64,000 nucleotides of DNA, from contig JANJGN010000021.1 of the NCBI GenBank assembly GCA_026770705.1, forward strand, positions 77,004,001-77,068,000, in the 5' to 3' direction. A program made the translations under genes and the position numbers. Origin of the DNA: Isurus oxyrinchus (taxonomy: Eukaryota). Within the stretch, counting starts at the first letter, position 1. Each line of letters starts with the position of its first letter. A model generated the notes under the pieces. It was given only the letters and a program-made list of their open reading frames with translations, did no database searches and was not told where the DNA came from. This document shows, piece after piece, positions 25,594-38,257 of this stretch.

Positions 25594-27619
25594 CTGTAAA
25601 ACAGGAAAAGGAAACATGATTTCCTCCAACTCCCTCTCCTCCTTTGCTGAAGGGACTGACTCCTCGTTTTGTTTTTATTTATACTTTCACAGGATGCAGG
25701 CGTCGCTGGCTAGGTCAGCTAATTGGCTTTGAGATGGTGGTGGTGGTGGGCCACATTCTTGAATCACTGCAGACCATGTGGTGTAGGTACACCTAGGGCC
25801 ATGGAGAGAAATCATGGGCCCTGGTGCTTCTCCTGTTTCTGGGCCCCTAATCTCTGCCATAACCACCCCCTTTAACCCTCCCCCTCACACCCTTCAGGCA
25901 CCCAGAACTGTGAACCATAGTCACAGTGGGGTCAAACTGTTTCAAATAGCTCTATAAAAACCTCTTGGCTTTTGTACTCTACACATCTATTTAAAAAGCC
26001 CATAGAAAGCTCAGGTTTCAGCATGATAGATGTTACAATCACGGCTTTTTCAGACAATTACACACAACTTGGTTCTTCATACTATGCAACCAACTCCATT
26101 CTTTGACCCTGGCCCTATGAAATATCTGGACAGAAATATCCAGAAGACTTGAACCTAACAAGAGCCGCAAACAACAATCCCATGTAAAGTGAGAATATCA
26201 GAACTAACAGTGACATATTCTATTGGTCAATGATTCCAGCTTTCACTTCCAAGTTTAAAAATTGCAAAGCCTTCCAGTAAATTAGCATCAACCAAGTCAC
26301 CTGTAATAATGTGCTATTTCTATCCACACAAGGGGGCTTTGTTAACAGAAAAATTACACTTTACATTGAGTGATAAATATTTTCTAATTTTAAATTGAAG
26401 CTAACCACACTCAAATGCCCAGAATGGAGAATATAATAGGAGAGAAAACTACTGCAGAATGCTATAAATCTGAAACATAAACAGAAAATACTAGAAATAC
26501 TCAGCAGGCCAGGCAGCATCTGTGGAGAGAGAAACAGAGTCAATGTTTCAGGTCCACGATCTCACGATGGCTCACTCACCTCTCTGTCTTGTGCAGATGC
26601 CATACATGCTGAACATTTCCAATACCTCCAATTTCTATTAGAGCAAAAATAACCCATTTCACCAGCTCTCCAAAAAGCAATCAGATTCCTGTGAGCCCCT
26701 CATTCCCCTTCAGCAAGACTCCCAGCAGCAGCTGCCTGAGATCTGGTCTGGAACAACACTAAACATCAATTACAAAATACATTAAGATGTGAAGAAAACA
26801 TAAACAACCTGCTGGGCAAAAACAAAATCAATGTCAAAGCAATAAGTTGATCATTTTAAAAAATGAGTAGCCAATAAAAATGTGCATTTAAAAACTGTCA
26901 AGCAGCAGAGCGAAATAATAAAACCTTTTTTGCCTTCTCGCTTAAGAAGAAGAGCTGGAAGAGAGAGAGATAGAGCTAGAATAGGCCCCAAGTCCCGGTC
27001 ACAGGGAAGGGGGAGGGGACCAGGGCTGAGCTAAGGAGTTGGGTTTAACTAACATTGAACTTGTGTTTGTTTCTAGTGGCCCACACTCTGAGGTGGCCTT
27101 GGCAGAATTCTTATGAAAGTGGGGGTCGGATGTTCAGCCTGGATGATCGTCCTCTCCCGGCCTGGTCTGTGGATAGGTTTTTGGGGAGGGAGGAAGAAGA
27201 GGAGGGGGTTGGTGCGTGTCCTCACACTGAGCAGACTTGTGTGTATCTGGTTTATTCCCAATCTCAGGGTTCTCTCACTCACTTACACACTCTCTCTGTA
27301 GCATAGACACATGTGCACTCTCTCACCCACACACTGACTCTCTCCCACACTCTCGAACACACTCTCTCAATGTCTTTCACTCACGGTCTCTATCTCATTT
27401 ACTCCTTCACTATCTCACTCACGCAGGGGAAGCCAGGGCTACAGCTACCAATGACTGAAGGCAGACTCAGTGAGAGTAAGGGAGGGATGGAACAGAGGCC
27501 AAGGCATCCAGAACTGAGGGCAGTCTGGGTGGAGAGGTCGGGATGGGAAGGGCCAGGGTCACAAACATCACCAACTGAGGGAGAACTGGGTGGAGAGATT
27601 GGGGTGGGAAGGGCCCTGT

Positions 27620-29004
27620 GAGGGTAAACTAAACATAGTGTCAGGAAATTGGGATAGTTTAAGTAAGTTATATTTGTATTTGTAGGTGTTAGCAATGAGC
27701 TTTAGCTTTAAAGTTTAAGTTTGATTTATATTGCTGTATGTGTTTTAAGAAAGGTCAAATTGAGTTTTAGTTTCACTTTAAAAGGGTGCTTACATTTCTA
27801 ATGACGTTTTTATGACTCCTAAGCAGAAATTAAACAAACACAACAGTAGAAAACTGGTTGTTGCCTAGCAACAGGGGTCCAGAGAGGCAGGTCTCACCCA
27901 CAGACACGCACACACACAAAGCTACACACACAAAGTTCATTTTGGAAGCGGTTGGAGTTCAGCCAGTTTTGAAGATAGCTGCCGGAGAAGCAGGCTAGAA
28001 GGGGCAGATATCCAGCTGTAAGCTAAAGTTGGTTGCAAGTAGCTGTCAGAGAGAGACTGGAGCAAGAGGGTGCAGATAGCCAGTCTCAAGCTAAAGAAAA
28101 AACCCGTGAATTCAGGGGAGTGGAACAGGAGAAAGTCCAAAGTAGACCTTCCAGTCAAAGAAAGCACAGGAACCTGGAAAAGATCCTGTTAAGAGAAGTT
28201 AAGAGTGAGGGGCAGAGAGAAAGGCTCGAAGCTTTAAAGAGTCAAAAGCTGCAGAAAGCAGTTTTAAAGCAAGAACAGCTTGCAAGAGGCCAGAAGGTCC
28301 AAAGAGACAACTGAAGGTCTGCAACTCTTTGCTATGGGCATGTGAAGCAGTTGCTGACAGTTGAGTTGGTGATAGCGAGTGTGTGGGAGACAGCTTAAAT
28401 ACATGTGGTGACCCAGGGAAGAGGAACATTGGAAGGAGAGTTCAAATCCCTGGGGGTGAACCCTTGCGGAAGGCGTCTGAGGAAAAGCATCAGTTTGGGA
28501 GAAGATTCCAAAGCGAGTTCTTGGAGAGTGGAGATTGGAAAGCCTTGTGTGAAGGACAGAGTTCAGTGAGTCTGGTTGGCTCACAGTGTGACAAGGATCT
28601 GGGGAGAGTTGAGGAGAGATCCAGAACATCTGGTTGGGGTGGCATCTACCACTTGATTTCAGAGTGTGGTGTATCTGACTCCAGATTGCCTATTGGTAAA
28701 TGGACTGTGTATTTACTGTGTACGTTAAAGTGTAAGATAGCTTTGTACCTTGTGTTATCCTTACAAATTTGTATCTATCCATAAAGGAATAGTTGTGGAT
28801 GGAGTATTGTAATATAGTTTATCTTTTCTTGTTTGAGAAATGTTTTGTTCTTTTGTTAAAAGTTAATCAGCTGATTCCTCTGACTCTGTTCAGGAGCTGC
28901 TCTCCATGTATCTAAACAAACAAATAAAAGTTAGTATTTTATCAAGCTGTGTTCCATTCTGGGGTCAGGCTTGTCCAGGAGTAACCTTAGCTGGGATCGT
29001 AACA
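27620..29004 (+). mobile_element. Probable solo LTR
   Basis: Ends gggatcgtaaca, aataaa at ~28923, no credible ORF; 5' boundary uncertain. Confidence 0.45.
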
Positions 29005-29231
29005 ACTGAGGCATTAGGGGTTTTACCTGACCTTGTTCTCCACCAGCTCTGAAGAAGAGTAAAGGAAGGAGCAGCTGACATCACCCAAACAAAACGCTGC
29101 AGGAGATCAGCAAAAAAGGAGGAATCGACAAAAATGGCACCTTCTACTCAGCACCTGATTGGCTGCTGTTCAGAACAAGGGCAATCATTGGCCAAATGGC
29201 ATTTCAATCAGGATGGTTTATGCACCAGAGA

Positions 29232-29972
29232 TAAAAACAAAGAAAACTGCGGATGCTGGAAATCCAAAACAAAAACAGAATTACCTGGAAAAACTCAGCA
29301 GGTCTGGCAGCATCGGCGGAGAAGAAAAGAGTTGACGTTTCGAGTCCTCATGACCCTTCGACAGAACTTGATTTCGAGTCCAAGAAAGAGTTGAAATATA
29401 AGCTGGTTTAAGGTGTGTGTGTGGGGGGGCGGAGAGATAGAGAGAGAGAGAGGTGCTTGTGTAGACAAACAATCAGTGATAGAAGCAGATCATCAAAAGA
29501 TGTCAGTGACAATGGTACAAAAGAACACATAGGTGTTAAAGTTAAAGTTGGTGATATTATCTAAATGAATGTGCTAATTAAGAATGGATGGTAGGGCACT
29601 CAAGGTACAGCTCTAGTGGGGGTGGGGGGAGCATAAAAGATTTTAAAATATTTAAAAATAATGGAAATAGGTGGGAAAAGAAAAATCTATAAAATTTATA
29701 GGGAAAAAAAAGGGAAAAAGGGGGAAACAGAAAGGGGGTGGGGATGGGGGAGGGAGCTCACGACCTAAAGTTGTTGAATTCAATATTCAGACCGGAAGGC
29801 TGTAAGGTGCCTAGTCGGAAGATGAGGTGTTGTTCCTCCAGTTTGCGTTGGGCTTCACTGGAACAATGCAGCAAGCCAAGGACAGACATGTGGGCAAGAG
29901 AGCAGGGTGGAGTGTTAAAATGGCAAGCGACAGGGAGGTTTGGGTCATTCTTGCGGTCTGTCCGCAAGAATG
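29232..29972 (-). mobile_element. PLE 3' fragment (same young family as 2000-3282)
   Basis: RKNDPNLPVACHFN...LGTLQPSGLNIEF; hammerhead-like motif 29330-29368. Confidence 0.9.
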
Positions 29973-31069
29973 GCCTTCTCTGTGATTGATATGATGAGAG
30001 TAGTGAGACCAGGTGAGACAGCGAGGTCAAGGATGTGGCTGGGAATCTGGGTTGGGGAAATCACTGAAACTTTGAGACAGGGCAAACAAGGAAACTTCTG
30101 GAAAGACAATAGCTTCTCACATACAATCTATACTTTTCCAGTATTAATTACTGACACACAAAATACAAATCCCGATCCTGTCAGCTCATTACTCGAATGT
30201 TTGGAATTGATCCAATCTGGTTGTGGATGAAAAGAAAGGGCCGGTCCACAAAAAGACATCAAATTTGGCAGATATTACATTGAGACAAAGGGTCAAAGTT
30301 ACAACGACCAAACCCCATCTTGTCCTGCCCCAGTGGCCTAATGGATACGACACTAGCCTCCTAAACCAGGGATTATGGGTTAAGTCCCATCTGGGGTGGA
30401 TTAAAGTTTGGTCTTGAAACAAATCTCCTTCTCTCAACAATGTGATAGTCAGGGAACTTTCTGTTTAGCTTCTTAGCCAATCTGGGCCGTTCTTGTTCAG
30501 CCCCTTTCTCATTCTGTCTGGCTTTCCAGTGACACAAACCAATGCAAGTTTCTCCCAAACTGTGCACCATCCCAACTCTCAGGGAACAATGTCACCTCCA
30601 CTTTCCAGGCAAATACTGTCGCTTTAACTCCTGTCTTTAGTTTACTCAACACCCAAACACAGTTACTACTTTGAAATGACAACTGATAATATGTAAAATT
30701 AGCTTGAGCAATTTATGTCAGGAAGGATATTAAGGAATATAGAGCCAAGTGGATGGATGGGGTTAATGTACAAATCAGCCATAATCTAATTGAATGGCAA
30801 AACAAACTTAAGGGGCTGAATGGCCTCCTGTTCCAATGTTCCTAAGTTTATGAGTGGATCAGGATCAAAAGATGGGGAAATGGATTTGAGATACGGATGA
30901 ACCATCATGGGATTGGGCTTGAGGGGTGAATGGCCTCCTCTTGTTGCTGTAAATGTGTACAACAATATAACATATTATTAGGGAACAAACAATCCCATCG
31001 CTGTCCATCACCAGTGCACCCCTTTCTCTGGGTTGTTACTGAGTTTGAGCAAAATAGGATTTATAAGAA

Positions 31070-32140
31070 GGGAAGAAAGCTTGCTGGAAATTTAAAAACA
31101 AATCATCAGATTTTGTTAATTCTTTTCTTATTTAAATATATATGCAATGTAAGTGTTGGTCTTATAGAAAGTGAGTCTGGAGAAGTAATATGGAAAATAT
31201 GGAGATGGCAGATGACTTGAACAGGTATTTTGCATCGGTCTTCACTACAGAGCATACAAGTAACATCACAGAAATAGCTGGAAATCAGAAAATGGAAAGG
31301 AGGGAGGAACTCAGGAAAATTACAATCACCAGGGAAGTGGTACTGAGCAAGTTGTTGGAGTTGCAGATTGGCTCCTGATCGATTTCATCCTATGGTCTTA
31401 AAAGAAGTGGCTAGTGAGATAGTTGATATGGCAGTTTTCATTTTCCAAAATTCATTGGATTCGGGAAGGTTCTATTTGATTGGAAAATAGCGAATGTAAC
31501 TCCTTTATTCAAAAAGGGGAGACAGAAAGCAGGAAATGACAGGCCAGTTAGCTTAACATTTGTCATAGGGAAAATATTAGAACCAATCCTCACTCTGCAC
31601 CAGATTTGTACAGTATTGATCTCCTTATTTAATGAAGGATGTAATGCATTGAAAGCAGTTCAGAGGTTTACTAAACCACTACCTGGAATGGAGGGGCTGT
31701 ATTTTGAGGAAAGGTTGGACAGGCTCAGCTTGTATTTGCTGGAGTTTAGAAGAGCAAGAGGCAACTTGATCGAAACAGATCCTGAGTAATCTTGACAGGG
31801 TGGATGTGGAGAGGATGTTTCCTCTTGTGGAAGAATCTAGAACTAGGAGTCACTGTTTAAAAATAAACAGTCGCCCATTTAAAAGAGGAGGAGATTTTTT
31901 TTCTCTCAGAGGGTCATGAGTCTTTGGAACTCTCTTCCTCAAAAGGCAGTGGAAGGAGTCTGTGAATATATTTAAAGCAGAGCTAGATAGCTTCATGATA
32001 AACAAGAAGGTGAAAGGTTATTGGGGGTCGGTGGGAATGTGGGGTTGAGGTTACAATCAGATCAGCCATGACCTTAGTGAATGGCGGAGCAGGCTTGAGG
32101 GGCTGAGTGGTCTACACCTGCTCCTAATTTGTATGCTCAC
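31070..32140 (+). mobile_element. CR1 LINE, internally deleted
   Basis: EMADDLNRYFASVFT, WKIANVTPLFKKG, CR1 3' tail. Confidence 0.85.
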
Positions 32141-32654
32141 ATGTTAAATATGGCACCAGGATCTTTTACAGCATGAGGGGTGGTGCCTTCCTGCTTGATT
32201 AATTATGCATTTGCGAGAAGCATAGCCAATGAGCTCAATAGTGGAAGATTGCAAGTGTTTAAACATTCTGTCACCCAGCAGGAATCACACCAACTTTCCC
32301 ACCCACCACCGGACTTAAGACTCCAGTTAGACTCCAGTCCTGCCCATGAATTTCGATTCTCTCTTCATTGATGCTGCCAGAAATGTGGAGGTTTCCAGCA
32401 CTTTCTATTTTTATTTCAGATTACCAGCGCAGTATTTTGCTCTTCTTTGATGAAAGCAAACCTTTACTTAAAAATTGTGACCAATTGAAGCAGTTTCATA
32501 TAAGGGTTGTACAGAGGGCTCTGACTGGCTTCATGATTAATGCAGTGTGTAAACATCCGCAGGATAATTCCTTTACTCATTTTACAACGTGTTTCAATAA
32601 ATGGTAGGTGGGATTTGTACAGGGAGCCCAGAATGTGGTGGGGCTCAGACAATA

Positions 32655-32878
32655 TGTTTAAACCCTGATGTCCTGGCCAACATGGATTCCGCAATCAACA
32701 TCACAAAAACAGATTATCTGGTCAATATCACATTGTTGTTTGTGGGAGCTTGCCGTGCACAAATTGGCTGCCACATTTCCTACATTATAACAATGACTAC
32801 ACTTCAAAAAGCACTTCATTGGCTGTAAAGTGCTTACAGATGCCCTGAGTTTGAAAGTTGATATATAAAGGCAAAACT
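32655..32878 (+). mobile_element. Deu-domain SINE 3' part (SacSINE1/AmnSINE1-like)
   Basis: aaacagattatctggtc...tgtttgtgggagcttgc...aaattggctgcc...cattggctgtaaag, recognised from memory of the DeuSINE consensus. Confidence 0.7.
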
Positions 32879-32879
32879 T

Positions 32880-32997
32880 GGGCTGGAATTTTTCGGTCCC
32901 ATCACAGCGGGGACAGGGCCATAAAATGTGGCGAGCCATTCTAAATTCCATTGACTTCAGCAGGAGGGTAAAATCCGGCTGCAGTAAAATTCTTCCC
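32880..32997. mobile_element. Short Harbinger-type MITE
   Basis: Imperfect TIR gggctggaatttt / aaaattcttccc; absent at the paralogous site ~58975-58995. Confidence 0.65.
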
Positions 32998-33709
32998 TTT
33001 CTCTCTTTCTTAAGGAAACATTTTGCCTCCTGTGAACTGGAAATTGATAAAGTATACCAGCCCACAGTGACATTGACCAATATATTGTGTACAGGACTCT
33101 TGCTATAGGCTCCTGTTTCAGTGAATAGGAACACACCATGCTGACAAATCAGATAAAAAAGTGAATTTATTGAGAGTTATAAATCTATACAGATGATTGA
33201 TAAAGCAACATGCAAACAACAGAGTATTCAGTTTACATCGAAATTTAAATCAATCAAAATAACAAAGCATTTGAAAATGACTCAAGATCTTTCCCAGAAC
33301 ATGAAGTGAATCTCAGAAGAGTGCAAGGTGAACATATCACACTGTCATTACATTGAGGTACGATGCGCTATGGGAACTCAGGTCTGTAGAGACTCATCCC
33401 CAGTCCCTCACCATACTCAGGATAGTAGTCCTCCCAGACAGGAGAGTACAAACATTCCACATGGTATTAGTCAAACACCCGTCACCTGAAGAGGATCTGT
33501 CTATAATTCACATCACCAACTAAAGCAGGGTCCGATTCTACCCCATACCCACTCCTGAAAGTTGGCTCACTTTACTAATACACACACACTCTCACCACAG
33601 GAAACTCTCAGAATACTACAGACAGAAGTTTCTTTAAAATCTCTGTGCTTTAGACTGACTCCTAATTCCAACGGTCAGAAATGACACCGATATTTAGTGG
33701 CACAGCATG

Positions 33710-35360
33710 GAGCTTGTTTTCATCATACAAACAAATGCAGAATAGAAGAGATCAAGAGTGGTTTGCAAATCTGTTACGGAGTGGACAACGACACTGCAGT
33801 GATCTCCAAACTGTAGATCATGTGTATCTATGGTGGTCAGTTTAGTTTTGGCACGGAGGTGATCGAGGAAAATGAGTTTCCCATTTTGATGGTATTTAAT
33901 ACTGACACCAGAGGACAGTTGATCTTTGATGAGGTGAATAGTCACTGTCAGGTAGATTGTAAATAGAATGGGGGCTATCACACAGTCTTGCTTGACACCA
34001 GTCTGGATTTTGAAGACTTCTGTTTCAGATCTCCCACTCAAGACAGCTGCAGTCATATCATTGTGAAGCATTGGAGCACAATCCACAGAGCCTCACAATT
34101 TAGAGTTAAATACTTTGATCACGTTGATGAATGTAATGAAGAGTTCCTGGTGTTGTTCTCGACATTTTTCTTGGGTTTGTCTGGGAGCAAAGACCATGTC
34201 GGAGATTCCTCTGGAAGATCTAAAGCCAAGTCAAAGTTCTAAGTGATGTCTGTATCACTCGATCCATGTGAAGGACTGATGCCTGCTGGACAGATCATCA
34301 ACTTGTTCGAACGGTGATGAACATCCACCCAGCAGCAAGACATTACAAGGCTCAAAAGTCCAAGAGGAAGATCATCAATGTCTCAGCCCTAAAACAGCCC
34401 GACCGAAGAAAGGAATTCCAGGTGCAGCTCACGACCAATTTGGAAAATCTTCACACATCCAACTCAATTCCTGAACAGTGAGATCAAATAAAGTCAGCTG
34501 TACTAAACTCCAGTGTCTGGACCATTGGGTTCCTCCTGGAACAAAAGCGATCAGCCTTCATTGTCTGGCAGAACAACCCAAGGTCATAACTCAAGAAGTC
34601 AACATTTCAACCGCTCATGGCTGATGCCCAAAGACAAATCCGGAAGATAAAGGACATGTGATGGGAAAAGAAAGCCCGAGAGATCCAACAGTATCTGGAT
34701 CATGACATGTGAAGCTTTTCTTTCGAAGCCACCAGGGCCATCTAGAGTAAAAATAAAGTGCTACAGGTGCTGGACACCTGAAATAAAAACAAAGTGCTGC
34801 AGAAACTCAGCAGAAAAATTCCCACAGATGCTGCTTGGCCTGCTGAGTTCCTCCAGCATTTTCTGTTTTTATTTCAGGGCCATCTATAGATCGAGATAAA
34901 TGGACAAAATCTCCTTCGTTCACAGGATGGTGTTTCTTTTCTTAAGGATGACAATGCCATCTGTTAACGCTGGAAAGAACATTTTGAATAACTCCTCAAC
35001 CATGAATCCACAGTGGCAGCTGATACCTTCCAGTCTATCCCCCAGTGCCTGTGGTAAATCCATGGGTGAGTCACCATCGATGGGAGAGCTGCAACAATCA
35101 AACAGATGATAAACAACAAAGCCTGTGGCCCCGATGGTATTCCAGCTGATATCTTCAAAGTTGGTGGACTTCTGCTCACATCAAGACTCCATGAACTCAT
35201 CGTATGGCTTTGGGAGGAAAAAAACTCTCACCGACTTCCAGAATGAGACAATTGTAACTATCTTCAAGAAGGGAGATAAATTACACTGGAAACAATTGAG
35301 ATATTTCCATCTTGTCCATAGGAGGAAAATCCTGCCACGCATTCTACTGAATCGACTGTG
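33710..35360. mobile_element. RTE-clade LINE in two oppositely oriented pieces
   Basis: Minus 33710-34075 TGVKQDCVIAPILF...DLQFGDHC; plus 34150-35360 KACGPDGIPA, IVTIFKKGDK, RILLNRL. Confidence 0.8.
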
Positions 35361-35459
35361 AAGAGAAGCTCAGAAGCTACATATATTCACACACTGGGCC
35401 CTGTCCTTTGAAGACAAAAAGAGCATTGTGTCTTTTCCAAGTAAACAAAAGCTCAGGGT

Positions 35460-35730
35460 ACAGCCATTCCCTGGTTTATTCCCCAGGGTAATTCCTTGAC
35501 CAGAGTCACTCTGCCTGGTTTCAAATTAAACAAAGCTTGACAGTTAACTGTCACTTACTGGTGCATTCTCCATGGCAACACTTCTACCACAGTACACTTG
35601 CTAACCAATTGGCACTTGCTTCTCATGCATTATAAATTGTTGTTCCCTTCACAATTTGGGATTCTTTCGAATTGCTCTGATGAGTGCAAGAGGAAACACT
35701 TCGACAGCATGTCTCCTTTCTCAACAATAC
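35460..35730 (+). mobile_element. PLE-derived 3' terminus with degenerate hammerhead core
   Basis: ctgatga-gtgcaagag-gaaa-cacttc at 35677-35702; related copy at ~6690-6848. Confidence 0.5.
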
Positions 35731-35879
35731 TGTGAATGTTGCAAGACAATGGAGACCATCATATCCGAGACACATCCTGCCTTCCCAGCTGGGGTCACTG
35801 ATCAGGAATGGGATTCCTGGCTGATTGCCCCCTTCCATAGGTCAGAGATACTGAGGCTAATTGAGGTATCTCCGTTACT

Positions 35880-36553
35880 ACCTAAGGAACTCATACCAAT
35901 AGGGTTTCTCCTGTTTGAGCACGTTAATAGACCAGGAGACGCTCTGACTGTGAAAGCCTCGTCACACACCTCACATCTGAATAGTTTCTCCCCCATGTGA
36001 ATCCATTGGTGCTTCGGGAGATCAGACGAGTGTTAAAGCTATCTTACAAACATCGCACCTGAAAGATTTCTCCTCTGTGTGAGTTCATTCGTGTTCCAGG
36101 ATGTTTGAAGGCCTCAAGAGAATTTTATTTGTAAATCTCACATTTAAGAGTCACTCCCGTGTGTGAATCCCTGATGGACCAGGAGGTTCGAAAAGCTTGT
36201 GAAGGCTTTGCAAAAAAATCTCATACTTGAATGGTTCTTTCTGATGTGAATGTGCTGGTGATTCACCAGGCCTGATGATTGTGCAAAGCCCTCATTACAC
36301 ACCTCACACTTAAACTGATGCTCCCCAGTGTGAAATCATTGGTATTTCATGAGTGTCTCTGACAGGGTGCAGGCTGAGTCACAAAACTTACACTCAAACA
36401 GCTTTTCCCCAGGGTGGATGTGTCAGTGTTTCACGAGCATTGCTTACTGTGTGAAGGCTCAGTCAAACATCTCAAGTGTGAACAGCTTCTCCACTGTGAA
36501 TGTGCTGGTGATTTAACAGACCCGATAATTGTGCAAGGTCCTTATTACATACC
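35880..36553 (-). pseudogene. Decayed zinc fingers 3' of the ZNF stop codon
   Basis: Out-of-frame EKPFTCEVCNKDLAQLSGLLNHQHIHSGE and GEKLFRCEVCDEAF. Confidence 0.8.
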
Positions 36554-38257
36554 TCACACGTGAATGGTTTCTCCTGTGTGAGTGCGTTGGTGTCTGCGGA
36601 GATTTGATGAATCCGAGAATGATTTCTCACACATCTCACACGTGAATGGTTTCTCCCCAGTGTGAATACGTTGGTGTTTGCAGAAATCCGATGATGTTGA
36701 GAATGATTTCTTGCACACGTCACAGGGGAATGGTTTCTCGCCGGTGTGAATACGTTGGTGTGCGCGAAGGCTCGATGACTGTGAGAATGATTTGTCACAC
36801 ACATCACATGCAAATGGCTTCTCCCCTGTGTGAATGAGCCGGTGATTTAACAGGCTAGATAATTGCACAAAGCCCTTATTACATACCTCGCATGTGAATG
36901 GCTTCTCCCCTGTTTGAAGGCGTTGATGTATACGAAAGTGAGATGACCGTGAGAATGATTTGTTGCACACCTCGCACTTGAATGGTTTCTCCCCAGTATG
37001 GATGCGTTGGTGTCTGCGGAGGTTTGATGATTCTGAGAAGGATTTGTCGCACACCTCACACTTGAACGGTTTCTCCCCAGTGTGAACGCGTCGGTGTTTC
37101 ACGAGTGTCGATGACTTTGTGAAGGCTTGGTCGCACACCTCACACTTGAAGGGTTTCTCTCCTGTGTGATCTCTCTGGTGTATCAGGAGATCAGACAATT
37201 GGATGAAAGCCTTCTCACAAACCTCACATCTGAAGGGTTTCTCCTCTGCGTGAATCCTCTGGTGTGTCAGGAGCCTCGTGGATTTTGCGAAAGCTTTATT
37301 GCAAATCTCACACTTGAAGGGTTTCTCCCCTGTGTGAATCCTCTGATGAACCAGAAGATTCGATGATGTTGAGAATGATTTGTCACACACCTTGCACCTG
37401 AACGGTTTCTCTCCTGTGTGAAGGCGTTGGTGTGTGCGGAGGTTCGCTGACGTCGAGAACGAATTTGCACACACCTCACATGTGAATGGCTTCTCCCCTG
37501 TGTGAGTACGTTGATGTTTACAAAGATTCCCCGATGATGAGAATGATTTCTCACACACCTCACACTTGAAAGGTTTCTCCCCTGTGTGAGTGCGTTGATG
37601 TTTATGGAGATTCCCTGATGATGAGAATGATTTCTCACACACCTCACACTTGAACAGTTTCTCCCCTGTGTGAGTGCGTTGATGTTTATGGAGGTACCCT
37701 GATATTGAGAATGATTTCTCACACACCTCACACGTGAATGGTTTCTCGCCTGTGTGAATGCGTTGGTGTACGCGGAGATACAATGGTGAGGAGAATGATT
37801 TCTCGCACACCTCACATGCGAATGGTTTCTCACTTGTGTGAATGTGTTGGTGTCTGCGAAGATTCGATGAATCTGAGAATGATTTCTCACACACTTTACA
37901 CGTGAATGGTTTCTCCCCAGTGTGAATCCGTTGGTGTGTGCAGAATTCCGATGACGATGAGAATGATTTGTCACATACCTCACAGGGGAATGGTTTTTCC
38001 CTGGTGTGAATGTGTTGGTGTCTGTGGAGGCTCGATAATTGCAGGAATGATTTGTCGCACACCTCACACACGAAGGGTTTCTCTCCTGTGTGAATGAGCC
38101 GGTGTTTCACCAGGCCTGATAACTGTGTAAAACCCTTGTTACACATCTCACATTCGAACGGCTTCTCCCTGATGCAACTGCATTGGTGATTCCCAAGTGT
38201 CGATGAATGTGTGAAGACTTCGTCACACAAATCATATATGAATTGTTTCTCTTCCAT
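36554..38257 (-). CDS. C2H2 poly-zinc-finger protein, 567 aa, 20 finger repeats (18 canonical), no KRAB/SCAN/BTB in the ORF
   Basis: Open ORF of 28-aa CxxC-x12-HxxxH repeats with TGEKPF linkers; splice acceptor at 38736-38737. Confidence 0.9.
   Translation of the reverse strand: MEEKQFIYDLCDEVFTHSSTLGNHQCSCIREKPFECEMCNKGFTQLSGLVKHRLIHTGEKPFVCEVCDKSFLQLSSLHRHQHIHTREKPFPCEVCDKSFSSSSEFCTHQRIHTGEKPFTCKVCEKSFSDSSNLRRHQHIHTSEKPFACEVCEKSFSSPLYLRVHQRIHTGEKPFTCEVCEKSFSISGYLHKHQRTHTGEKLFKCEVCEKSFSSSGNLHKHQRTHTGEKPFKCEVCEKSFSSSGNLCKHQRTHTGEKPFTCEVCANSFSTSANLRTHQRLHTGEKPFRCKVCDKSFSTSSNLLVHQRIHTGEKPFKCEICNKAFAKSTRLLTHQRIHAEEKPFRCEVCEKAFIQLSDLLIHQRDHTGEKPFKCEVCDQAFTKSSTLVKHRRVHTGEKPFKCEVCDKSFSESSNLRRHQRIHTGEKPFKCEVCNKSFSRSSHFRIHQRLQTGEKPFTCEVCNKGFVQLSSLLNHRLIHTGEKPFACDVCDKSFSQSSSLRAHQRIHTGEKPFPCDVCKKSFSTSSDFCKHQRIHTGEKPFTCEMCEKSFSDSSNLRRHQRTHTGETIHV

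Noticed and set aside
29010-29210. Promoter/first exon of the 25-kb ZF pseudogene (aaaatggc, gattgg, minus-strand donor)
   Set aside because: Motifs are short and CpG is depleted; plausible but not supportable
37267-38067. 266-aa alternative-frame ORF (RNHS repeats); also 45314-45976
   Set aside because: Typical off-frame translation of tandem C2H2 fingers
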